Virus record (IMG/VR): IMGVR_UViG_3300043496_000175
Span: 1 to 64,000 of that record
Source of the DNA: a virus
Length of the DNA: 64,000 nt
Reading direction: 5' to 3' (one strand)
Shown here piece by piece: positions 27,522-35,797 of the stretch (its first letter is position 1; each line of letters begins with the position of its first letter). Below the pieces are notes generated by a model. The model was not told the origin of the DNA, made no database searches, and saw nothing but the letters and a program-made list of their open reading frames with translations. The translations under genes and the position numbers were made by a program.

Positions 27522-28634
27522 ATGAGAATCGTCCGAGCACTGTGCGCTGTCCTTGTGCTGCTACTGGCCGGGTGCACTCTCGTGCCCACCGACTCTGGCA
27601 CAACTGGAGGGTCCGGTCCGGCGACGTGCACCGGTGCTCCCACCGGTCTGCGTCCCGAGCAGTTGCAGACCGCTCAAGCGATTGTCAGCGCCGCCTACGA
27701 AGTCGGATTATCCGAGACCGACGCCAAGAAGGCCGCACAGATCGCTATCACCGTCGCTATCACGGAGAGCACCCTGGGTGCGGGTATGCCCTTCGGTCAG
27801 TTCAACAAAGGTGACGTCTCCTCCAACGGTGTCCCCACCACGTCACGGGGGCCTTTCCAGCAGAAACAGGAGTGGGGGCCGATAGTCGATCGGCTCGATC
27901 CCAACAAGAGCGCCAAGATGTTCTTCACTGGTGGGCAAGCTGGGCAGAAGGGTCTGCTGGACGTAGCCGGATGGCAGAACATGGCACCAGAGATGGCCGC
28001 CGAGGCCGTGCAGGGCTCCCGGCAGGGCGGGGCGAACTTCGCCAGGAACCTTGCGCAAGGGACAGCGGTCGCGGACTCCATCACCTGCGTAGCTGGCGCT
28101 GCAGGCAGCGTGGTGGCCAACGGCGTCAGCGTGACCCTGCCGAACAATCAGTTCGTCGCTGAAGCCGTCAGAGGCAAGACCGTCACCGCACCGAACGCCG
28201 GGATAGCCAAAGGCTTGGCCGCTGGACTGAGTCACCTCGGCAAGCCGTATGTCTGGGGCGGGGGTGGGGACGGAGAAGGACCGAACAACGGCTGCGCGCG
28301 GGGTGGTGGGCAGCTCAACTCCTGTGGCTCCGAGATCGGGTTCGACTGCTCCGGTCTCACTGCCTACGTTCTCGTGCAAGGTGGATTTCCTAGTCCCGGA
28401 GGAAACTCCGGTGCTCAACGCGGTGGGGGTACCAGCGTCGCCTATGCTGCAGGCCTGGCGGGTGACATCGTTGGATTCCCAGGCCATGTGGCCTTGTTCC
28501 TCGGGGTTATCGACGGCACGCAGTACATCCTGGAGGCATCCACCGTCGGTGTCCCTGTGCATGTGGTTGCATTGACGAGATCCGATCGAGACCCCATGTT
28601 GCATCGTTACTGGTCCCAGGGAGCTGTTTCATGA
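27522..28634 (+). CDS. lipoprotein cell-wall hydrolase: lysozyme-like plus NlpC/P60 (conjugative VirB1 analogue)
   Basis: Lipobox LAGC; TES..SRGPFQQ..WG..DP; GKPYVWGGG, FDCSGLT, GHVALF. Confidence 0.88.
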   Translation: MRIVRALCAVLVLLLAGCTLVPTDSGTTGGSGPATCTGAPTGLRPEQLQTAQAIVSAAYEVGLSETDAKKAAQIAITVAITESTLGAGMPFGQFNKGDVSSNGVPTTSRGPFQQKQEWGPIVDRLDPNKSAKMFFTGGQAGQKGLLDVAGWQNMAPEMAAEAVQGSRQGGANFARNLAQGTAVADSITCVAGAAGSVVANGVSVTLPNNQFVAEAVRGKTVTAPNAGIAKGLAAGLSHLGKPYVWGGGGDGEGPNNGCARGGGQLNSCGSEIGFDCSGLTAYVLVQGGFPSPGGNSGAQRGGGTSVAYAAGLAGDIVGFPGHVALFLGVIDGTQYILEASTVGVPVHVVALTRSDRDPMLHRYWSQGAVS

Positions 28635-28852
28635 GTGCTGCCACCCGCAGGCCCTACCTCGGGGAGACCGTGCACGTACAAGGTGAGTCCGCGCAGCGAG
28701 GTAGGCAGTGCCGCCCCGCGTTCGTGACAGCTATGAAGGATGACTCGATCGAGCTGTGGGTGCTCGCTCGGCCGCAGCCTCGGTACGTCGATGACGCACC
28801 TCATGATGAGGCAGAGCGCATCAAAGGATCCTGGCACTTCGCCAGTCACTGA
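28631..28852 (+). CDS. small phage-type hypothetical protein
   Basis: ATGA overlap with NlpC/P60 gene; P.LGE.VH..C.PA.VT..GSWH pattern. Confidence 0.65.
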   Translation: MSAATRRPYLGETVHVQGESAQRGRQCRPAFVTAMKDDSIELWVLARPQPRYVDDAPHDEAERIKGSWHFASH

Positions 28853-28867
28853 CCGTATCCTTGCGCC

Positions 28868-29239
28868 ATGACGTCCCTGGAGCGCAAGAACTCCCCCGTG
28901 GAGAACATCCAGGCTGCCTGGAAGATTCTGGCCAACGGTGCCACCGTCGCCGCCAACACGCTGGTCGAGATCTCTCGGGACGGGGAAAGCGAAGCCGCCC
29001 GCAACCAGGCCTCCATGGCGATCCTGGACCGCGTAGGAATCTCTGCGAAGCCGGAGGTCACCGTGCGGGTGGTGCCTTCCGAGTACTCCGGAGAAGGTCT
29101 GGCTGAGGGCGGCATGACGCAGGGCGAAATCGTCCGTAAACGCCTGCTCGAACTGGCGGCGGCTACCGCTGCTGAAGCTGAACGTCAGCAGCAAGAAGCT
29201 GAGACCATCTACGACGCCGTGATCGTGGAGGAGAGTTAG
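28868..29239 (+). CDS. putative terminase small subunit
   Basis: A..L..A.NTLVE..E.AR.QAS.AILDRVG helical motif; upstream of TerL; leaderless TATCCT-N6-ATG. Confidence 0.5.
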   Translation: MTSLERKNSPVENIQAAWKILANGATVAANTLVEISRDGESEAARNQASMAILDRVGISAKPEVTVRVVPSEYSGEGLAEGGMTQGEIVRKRLLELAAATAAEAERQQQEAETIYDAVIVEES

Positions 29240-29532
29240 ACCTCCGGTGCGGCGTGTGCTCCCGGCTCATCGACCACCTGGACAGACTGTTCGAGCTGGT
29301 TCGGCCGCAGCAGCGCGATGATCGGGCTGCCAATCGCGGACAGCACGAAGGCACCGATGACGAAATAGCTCTTCACCTGCGTATCCAGGTCCGGGATCAG
29401 TGCCGGGATGCCCGCCAGAGCCGCCAGGATGCCGTTGTAGATCGCGACCGCGAGGGCCTTGCTGGTGGTGGTGGGAGGCGTGTCCGAACCGGCCGGGAGG
29501 ACGGTTCCGACAGCAAGAGGGGTGCCAGCCAT
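29236..29532 (-). CDS. two-TM holin-like membrane protein
   Basis: SKAL.V.., two TMs ending ..RPN; GAAGGAG RBS. Confidence 0.5.
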   Translation of the reverse strand: MAGTPLAVGTVLPAGSDTPPTTTSKALAVAIYNGILAALAGIPALIPDLDTQVKSYFVIGAFVLSAIGSPIIALLRPNQLEQSVQVVDEPGAHAAPEV

Positions 29533-29563
29533 GAGGGTCTCCTTCGTAGAAGTTGCCCGCAGC

Positions 29564-29779
29564 TTACTTCTTGAACAGCGGATTCCCCGAAGCCCGGAAC
29601 CGTTTGATGTGGTAAGCGAACCAGGCGTCCATCTCCAGGAAGGATCCCTTGGGGGAGTCTGTGATGTCCAGACGCTCCAGGTAAGTGGTGAACTGGTTCA
29701 TCTCGGTCCTGTCCAACCCGCTGACCTTCATCGCCGCGTACATCGCGAGGGCAGGGATTGGGATTTCAACGCCGGTCAT
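29564..29779 (-). CDS. hypothetical protein
   Basis: ATGA coupling. Confidence 0.55.
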   Translation of the reverse strand: MTGVEIPIPALAMYAAMKVSGLDRTEMNQFTTYLERLDITDSPKGSFLEMDAWFAYHIKRFRASGNPLFKK

Positions 29780-29937
29780 GTGTTCCGTTCTGGTAGGGCG
29801 CGCAGGCGCTGGACTTCTTCAAGCAGCCGGTGCCGATCATGGAAGACATCCGGATCGGGGGTGATGATGCCATCGGCGCTACGCAGATCACGCTCTATCA
29901 TCTGCTGTAGTTCACTATCGGTGAGCGACTCCGGCAT
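29776..29937 (-). CDS. hypothetical protein
   Basis: Leaderless TATACT-N6-ATG. Confidence 0.55.
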   Translation of the reverse strand: MPESLTDSELQQMIERDLRSADGIITPDPDVFHDRHRLLEEVQRLRALPERNT

Positions 29938-29979
29938 GGCGCGAGTATAGCCAGATCGGTCAACGAGAGGATGATGGAG

Positions 29980-30552
29980 ATGGCAACAGAAGCACGGTAC
30001 GGCTGGGAGCTTCCCGATCTCGCGGATGTGGCGGACGGTCCCGATGCGTTCCTGCAGTTCGCGAACGATGTCTCCGACACCATCTCCAACACCACCGTCC
30101 AGACTTACACCCCAAGCTGGACCAGCCTCACCAGTGGCGGAAACCCTTTCGGTGTAGCAACCCGCTCCGGGCATTACCGAATGCTGAACAAGGTTGTGGA
30201 CTTCGTTGCCCGGCTGACTTTCGGGTCCGGGACCAGTGGTGGACTCGGGGAGCTGATGGTGGGACTCCCTGTCCCGGCGAACTCCTCCACGCAATACGTT
30301 GTGAACTGCATTCTGTGGACCCCCTCATCCGGCGGAACCTGGCTGGGGTATGGGGCGATCGACCAGCAGTCCGGGTTCACCAATATGCGTCCCCAGTTTC
30401 CCATCAACAATGCCCGCTCTGACATGTCCGGCTGGGCATCTACCGGCGGAATCCTCGGTTTGAGCATTCCAACCGTGCCGAGTAACCCTGGTGGGTACTC
30501 CGTCATGAACGGTGGGTACTTCACTGCTCATGGGCGGTACTTCGCAGCGTGA
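29980..30552 (+). CDS. putative minor tail/virion protein
   Basis: RYGWELPD..D.P..F..A..D N-terminus, YTPSW..G.YR..V..LP beta-rich domain typical of actinophage tail-fibre proteins. Confidence 0.6.
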   Translation: MATEARYGWELPDLADVADGPDAFLQFANDVSDTISNTTVQTYTPSWTSLTSGGNPFGVATRSGHYRMLNKVVDFVARLTFGSGTSGGLGELMVGLPVPANSSTQYVVNCILWTPSSGGTWLGYGAIDQQSGFTNMRPQFPINNARSDMSGWASTGGILGLSIPTVPSNPGGYSVMNGGYFTAHGRYFAA

Positions 30553-32018
30553 CCGCTGATCTGTCCCTGGAGCATCAGGTTGCGCTACTTCCCAAGGATC
30601 AGCAGGAAGCCATCCTGGCTGACCTGGACATGGAAGCGCTCCCATATGACTGGACCTGGGGCGGGAGACCTAGTCAGCTCCTGCCGGTAGAGCCGGATGC
30701 TAGTTGGACGGTGGCGCTCGCTCTGGCCGGTCGTGGATTCGGTAAGACCCTGATGGGGTCTCAGTGGATCCGCATGCTCGATCAGCAATGGTCACACTTG
30801 CGGTGGGATACCGCACACATGCGGTTCGCGCTACTCGGGCGTACCGCCGCCGACGTCCGTGACGTCATGCTGGAAGGCCCCTCCGGGCTGCTTAACATCT
30901 ACCCGCCCTCATTGCAGGACCAGGTGATCTGGACTCCTACCCGCCGCAGAATTGAACTCCCCGGTGGTGCGGTAGGGTTAGTGAACTCAGCGGAAGAGCC
31001 AGATCAGTTGCGTGGCCCCGCTTTTCACATCGGGTGGTCAGATGAGACCGCCAGCTACAAACAAGTCCGGTCCATGGCTGAAGGCAACCTGACCGCCTGG
31101 GAGAACCTCCGGATCGCGGTCCGGCTCGGAACCCACCCGCAGATCCTGGCCACCACCACCCCCAAGCGGATCCCGCTACTCAAAGCGTTGCTGGCCGAAG
31201 CTCACGATCAGCCGGAAAAGTTCATTCTCCGACGGGGCAAGACCACCGACAACGTCAAGCTCTCCTCCGGCTACCTGGATACCCTGTTCGGCCTGTACGG
31301 CGGCACCCAGCTCGGTAAGCAGGAGCTGGAAGGGGAGATGCTGGATGACGTCGTCGGAGCCATGACGTCGGAAGCCATCATCGAGCAGTACCGCGTCACC
31401 GGCCTGCCGATCGGGATCCCTTGGATCAAGATCGTCGGAGTGGACCCCTCAGTCGCTGAAAAGCCGCACGATGAGTGCGGCATCGTGGTGGTCTACATCT
31501 CCAACACCTACCCCGTGCTCAAGCGACACGCCTTCATCGTGGAGGACCTGTCCCTGCGAGCCAGCCCCACCGTCTGGGGTGATGTGGTAGTCCGAGCAGC
31601 GCACGAACACGGTGCAACAGTGGTGGCCGAAACCAACCAGGGAGCCAACCTGGTCAAGCAGATGGTGCGGCAATCCGCTGCCGCAGCCAACCTGCAGAAC
31701 CCACAGATCCGGGAAGTCTGGTCCTCCAAGAGCAAGTCGGTCCGGTCCGAACCTGTCGGCGGTGCCTACGCCCGTGGACGCATCCACCACGTTAATTTCC
31801 TGCCCGAACTTGAAGACCAGATCGGGACCTGGGTCCCGGGAGAAAGTGGCTACTCCCCGGACCGGATGGACGCACTCGTGCATGCCTGCGCTGCCGGTAT
31901 GTTCCCCGAGGCATTGATCAACGGTGCACCGGGAAGTACTACCTTGCACTCGGTGGCCAATCAGCGGATCCCCCTGACTCACCAGGTGGCCTTGCCTGCA
32001 CGAAGAGGTGCGATGTGA
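30549..32018 (+). CDS. terL: terminase large subunit
   Basis: LAGRGFGKT Walker A, LRGP.F..GWSDE, TTTPK, QELEGE, VGVDP, SPDRMDAL. Confidence 0.95.
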   Translation: MTADLSLEHQVALLPKDQQEAILADLDMEALPYDWTWGGRPSQLLPVEPDASWTVALALAGRGFGKTLMGSQWIRMLDQQWSHLRWDTAHMRFALLGRTAADVRDVMLEGPSGLLNIYPPSLQDQVIWTPTRRRIELPGGAVGLVNSAEEPDQLRGPAFHIGWSDETASYKQVRSMAEGNLTAWENLRIAVRLGTHPQILATTTPKRIPLLKALLAEAHDQPEKFILRRGKTTDNVKLSSGYLDTLFGLYGGTQLGKQELEGEMLDDVVGAMTSEAIIEQYRVTGLPIGIPWIKIVGVDPSVAEKPHDECGIVVVYISNTYPVLKRHAFIVEDLSLRASPTVWGDVVVRAAHEHGATVVAETNQGANLVKQMVRQSAAAANLQNPQIREVWSSKSKSVRSEPVGGAYARGRIHHVNFLPELEDQIGTWVPGESGYSPDRMDALVHACAAGMFPEALINGAPGSTTLHSVANQRIPLTHQVALPARRGAM

Positions 32019-32653
32019 GTACTCCACAAGAGGAAGACGCGGGCAGCCTGATCCCGGCACTGCTGGCGATCTACACCAACTACCTGGCATTCCGCGCCGC
32101 GCAGGGCAATGTATCCACAGCGTGGACAACTGTTGTGGATCAAATCGGTCTGCAGGCGTTCATTGGAGACCAGTTGGCGATGATCGCGGCCCGCGCCCTG
32201 GCCCGCCAACGTGAAGGATTGGGTGCGGGAGCTGATGAGTTGTGGACCGCTGTTCCACAGGGTGTAGCGGCCGGAGTGAACGCCGGTTTACAGACTGTGG
32301 CCGAGGCGCTTATCTGGACCGACGAGCACGAGGATGTGCCTACCAAGGACGAGGATGGACTGATTCCCACACAGTCGGATCCGCCCGAGGAACTTGCCAT
32401 GGTCACCGCCCAAGCCGTTGCTTCAGCGGCGCAGGAAGCTACTGCGGAAGCTGCGGGATGGAGGTACAAGACGTGGGAAAGCATCGGAGACCGGCAGGTG
32501 AGGGAGACGCATCGGGCGCTGGCGGGGCAGAAGATCCGGCTCGCGGAAGCATTCACAACGATCGATGGAGACTCGCTGAGATACCCGGGGGATCCATTGG
32601 CCGAGGTCTCAAATCGCATCGGGTGCAGATGTACGCTGCGGACCTCTCGTTGA
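32015..32653 (+). CDS. MuF-like head morphogenesis protein
   Basis: KTW..GD..VRETH..GQ..F..LRYPGDP..IGCRC. Confidence 0.85.
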   Translation: MSTPQEEDAGSLIPALLAIYTNYLAFRAAQGNVSTAWTTVVDQIGLQAFIGDQLAMIAARALARQREGLGAGADELWTAVPQGVAAGVNAGLQTVAEALIWTDEHEDVPTKDEDGLIPTQSDPPEELAMVTAQAVASAAQEATAEAAGWRYKTWESIGDRQVRETHRALAGQKIRLAEAFTTIDGDSLRYPGDPLAEVSNRIGCRCTLRTSR

Positions 32654-32676
32654 TCGTTGTGTCTATACTCCAGAGC

Positions 32677-32898
32677 GTGAGTTTCATCCGCCGAGTCCGC
32701 TGGCTGCCGGTCCTGGTGCTGGGCATGAACCTCGCTGTGATCCTGCTGGCCATCCTCAATCCTGACCGCATCGGAACCTGCATCGCGCTGGCCATCTGTG
32801 CGCTCTCCCTGGCTGTCCTTGAAGGAGTCCGCCTTGTCGAATCCCGTGGTCCTGGCCCTGGCAACCCAGCGCCTGACACAGTTGGTCGTAGAGGATGA
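32677..32898 (+). CDS. small membrane protein
   Basis: Leaderless TATACT-N7-GTG; two TMs. Confidence 0.5.
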   Translation: MSFIRRVRWLPVLVLGMNLAVILLAILNPDRIGTCIALAICALSLAVLEGVRLVESRGPGPGNPAPDTVGRRG

Positions 32899-33133
32899 CA
32901 TCACTCGGCCGGTACGTGAGGCAGTCAGTAGATGGGCCGCAGGTCATGAGGAGTACAGCTTCCGGGAGCGTGTGGATTTCGCTCTCAACTGCGGAGCTTG
33001 CGCCAGTGTCTACGCCGGTGCAGCCATCCTGCTGGCAGATCGAGTACCGCCCGGAAGAGTCCTCATTCGTGTGCTCGCAGCCAGCGCCGCAGCGTTAGGC
33101 ATCAAAGCCGTTCTGGAAAAACTGGAGGACTGA
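32834..33133 (+). CDS. DUF1360-like membrane protein
   Basis: LATQRLTQLVVEDDIT.P.R..LNCGACASVYAG; TTG with AAGGAG RBS. Confidence 0.7.
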   Translation: MSNPVVLALATQRLTQLVVEDDITRPVREAVSRWAAGHEEYSFRERVDFALNCGACASVYAGAAILLADRVPPGRVLIRVLAASAAALGIKAVLEKLED

Positions 33134-33552
33134 TGACCGAGCCGATCTACTACAAGGGCGATGTAGTCGAGCTGCACGCCGACCTGTTCCCTGGGTTCGT
33201 CAAGCCACTGCCTGCGGGCGTACCTTCCAACGTCGCCAAGAAGCGCGTCGTGGTCACCGAACGATGCCTCACCATCGCTTGGTCCATCGCCGGAGTAGTG
33301 CAGCGCATCGACATCCCGATGACCAAAGAAGAGACCGCTGAGGTCACTTTCCGGGGCGGTCAGGTCGGGGAATACGAGGTCGGTCGGGACAGTGGATGCT
33401 CCACCTGCGGAGCCGGAGCGATCAAGAATTGGCGGCCCTGGCCGGGTGTCACGATGAAGCAGACACCCCGCCTGGACGTCGCCGCAGCCGCCGTCAAAGA
33501 CGATGCGAACTTCGGTCTGCCATCCGGGAGATACTCGCGCTCTCGCCCGTAA
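33133..33552 (+). CDS. hypothetical protein
   Basis: TGATG coupling; GCSTCG motif. Confidence 0.65.
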   Translation: MTEPIYYKGDVVELHADLFPGFVKPLPAGVPSNVAKKRVVVTERCLTIAWSIAGVVQRIDIPMTKEETAEVTFRGGQVGEYEVGRDSGCSTCGAGAIKNWRPWPGVTMKQTPRLDVAAAAVKDDANFGLPSGRYSRSRP

Positions 33553-33579
33553 GGGTTACTGCCAGCTACGCTCTTGCCC

Positions 33580-35166
33580 ATGGGTCTGTTCACGCGCGAG
33601 GTTTCACCGGCAGAAGTGCCCCCGGTTGCCGGTCGCCGCGCTCGCAGCGCGAGCTGGGGACAGCACCGCGCGATCACCGCTTCAGCGGAAAAGATCAACC
33701 TCAAAAACCCGCTGATGCTGCAGGTTACGCAGAATCAGGCCGAGTGGCAGACCGCAGCCTGGACCGGCTACAACCGCGTCGGGGAAATCCACTACGGCTT
33801 CGGTTTGCTGGCCAACCTGCTCTCCCGCGTCCGCATCTACGCCGCCGTGGTGAACGAGTCCAACGAGGCCCCCAGCGACCTGTCCCAGCTCGAAGACGAC
33901 GATCGCATCTCGGAGAATCTAGCCGAAGCAGCCACTGCCGCGATTGCCGAATTGACCCTCAAAGACTTCGCCAGTTTCGTCCGCAAGTTCAGCCTCAACA
34001 TGTCAGTACCGGGAGAGTGCTACCTGGTGCACATGCCGCCGGTCGAGGGCGGCGAGAAGGCCTGGATCGTCTGTTCCAAGTCCGAGCTGGTGATCCGGAC
34101 GGACAGCATCCAATACCTCCCACTTCGGGGCGGGCAACGCCGGGAACTCCCCAAGGACACCTACGTCGCCCGCATGTGGCGGCAGTCCCCGGAGTACACC
34201 ATGGAGGCAGACTCCTCCATGATCGGTGTGCAGGACAGCGTCGAAGAGCTGCTCCTCTGCCAGCGACTGACACGCGGAGCCGCCCGCTCCCGGATGAACG
34301 CCGGTGTGTTGTTCATCCCGGATGGCATCACCACCGCCCGGACCGGGGCCACTGCTGAAGCCGTCATCGAAGAACCCGACGACGACATCTCCGGTCTCAC
34401 AGCCATGGCTCAGCAGGACCCTCGCGGGGACATGGTCAACCAGTTGATGGACGCCATGGTCACCCCGATCGGTGATGAAGGCAGCGCCGCCGGTGTCGTG
34501 CCCCTGGTGCTGGTCGGGCCCACGGACCAGGGCATGGGAATCCGGCATGTGTCCTTCGAGCGGAACACCGACGAGTGGTTGGTGAAGCGCGGGGAGATCG
34601 CGCTCGACCGGATCCTGCAAGGCATCGACATCCCCAAGGAAGTCGTCACCGGCATGCAGGCGGTGAAGTACTCCAACGCAGTGGTGATTTCTGAGGATCT
34701 GTACAAGGCCAACGTCGAGCCCCTCGCACTGGTGCTTGCGGATTCCCTGACCACGGTCTATCTCCGGCCAGTGCTTAAAGCCGCTGGCTTTACCGATGAG
34801 CAGCTCAAAGAGATCGTGGTCTGGTACGACCCCAGTGAGATTGTCACCCGCCCGAACAGCTCCGAATCCGCCACTCAGGGCGTGGATCGGAATCTGCTTT
34901 CCCATAAGGCCTGGCGGCGGGAACATGGCTACGCCGAATCCGATGCGCCATCATTGGAGGAGATCGCCCTCTCCAAGCTGGCGGAGCTACCGGAGGCTGT
35001 GCAGCTTCAGGTGCTGGCCAAAGTGTTCAAGGGCTTTGTTGATGTTGATGAGGATCCGGAGCCCGCTCCGCAGGAGAGGGCTACCGCGCGTCCCTTGGCT
35101 GCGGTCAAGGACGACACCGAGAAAGACCCCCAACGAGTCGCGATTCAACAGGTAGGGATCAAGTAA
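33580..35166 (+). CDS. portal protein
   Basis: WQ..AW..Y..VGE.HY..SRVRIY, VPGECY, SR.NAGVLFIP, SAAGVVP; position after terminase/MuF. Confidence 0.85.
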   Translation: MGLFTREVSPAEVPPVAGRRARSASWGQHRAITASAEKINLKNPLMLQVTQNQAEWQTAAWTGYNRVGEIHYGFGLLANLLSRVRIYAAVVNESNEAPSDLSQLEDDDRISENLAEAATAAIAELTLKDFASFVRKFSLNMSVPGECYLVHMPPVEGGEKAWIVCSKSELVIRTDSIQYLPLRGGQRRELPKDTYVARMWRQSPEYTMEADSSMIGVQDSVEELLLCQRLTRGAARSRMNAGVLFIPDGITTARTGATAEAVIEEPDDDISGLTAMAQQDPRGDMVNQLMDAMVTPIGDEGSAAGVVPLVLVGPTDQGMGIRHVSFERNTDEWLVKRGEIALDRILQGIDIPKEVVTGMQAVKYSNAVVISEDLYKANVEPLALVLADSLTTVYLRPVLKAAGFTDEQLKEIVVWYDPSEIVTRPNSSESATQGVDRNLLSHKAWRREHGYAESDAPSLEEIALSKLAELPEAVQLQVLAKVFKGFVDVDEDPEPAPQERATARPLAAVKDDTEKDPQRVAIQQVGIK

Positions 35167-35170
35167 GCAG

Positions 35171-35797
35171 ATGCCGAACACAGGCGCACTGTTTGTGGCA
35201 ACACCTGCTGCTGACGACCCCTTCCACCAGTTGTCCGAAGAAGATTCCGCTCACTGCACCATGACCTACTTCGGTGAAGCTGAGGATCTACCGGAAGATC
35301 TGGTAGATGAACTGCACAGTGTGCTGGCTCAGGTGTCTCAGACAGTTGGGCCGTTCAGTGCGGACGTTGCCGGAACCGCTGTACTCGGACCGGACAAGGC
35401 CGCCGTCGTGCTGGTGGAATCCTTCGAGTTGGTGGAACTACGGAACGCCATGCTCGCGTCTCCCGCCGTGCAGGAAGCACAGGGTTTGGCAGAGCGGCAA
35501 TTCCCATCTTGGTTGCCTCATCTCACGGTTTCTTACACCGGCAAGGAGTTCGAGCCGCCAGAAAGCATCCAGATTGATGCTGTGGGGTTCTGGATCGCAG
35601 GGGAAAAGGAATCCGTACCGCTACGCAAGATGCCGGTACTGGATCTCACTGCCGCCCTGTCCATCCCGGTGATCTCCTGTGCGTCGGACCTGGCGCTTGG
35701 GTTCCGGTACGGAGAAGCCGTACCTGACTCCCGCTGGTACGTCGCCAAGCGCGCCCGTGCGCTGGGTGTTTCTGTTCCTGCTGGTTGGGGTGTGTGA
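35171..35797 (+). CDS. 2H phosphoesterase (2'-5' RNA ligase/Acb1-like)
   Basis: Two HxT motifs: SAHCTMTYFG and WLPHLTVSY. Confidence 0.8.
   Translation: MPNTGALFVATPAADDPFHQLSEEDSAHCTMTYFGEAEDLPEDLVDELHSVLAQVSQTVGPFSADVAGTAVLGPDKAAVVLVESFELVELRNAMLASPAVQEAQGLAERQFPSWLPHLTVSYTGKEFEPPESIQIDAVGFWIAGEKESVPLRKMPVLDLTAALSIPVISCASDLALGFRYGEAVPDSRWYVAKRARALGVSVPAGWGV

Noticed and set aside
16700-28900. Discrete ICE or transposon inserted into the phage
   Set aside because: No integrase, transposase or flanking att/direct repeats were seen by eye, and motifs and gene overlaps link the block to phage genes. Not formally excluded without comparative data.
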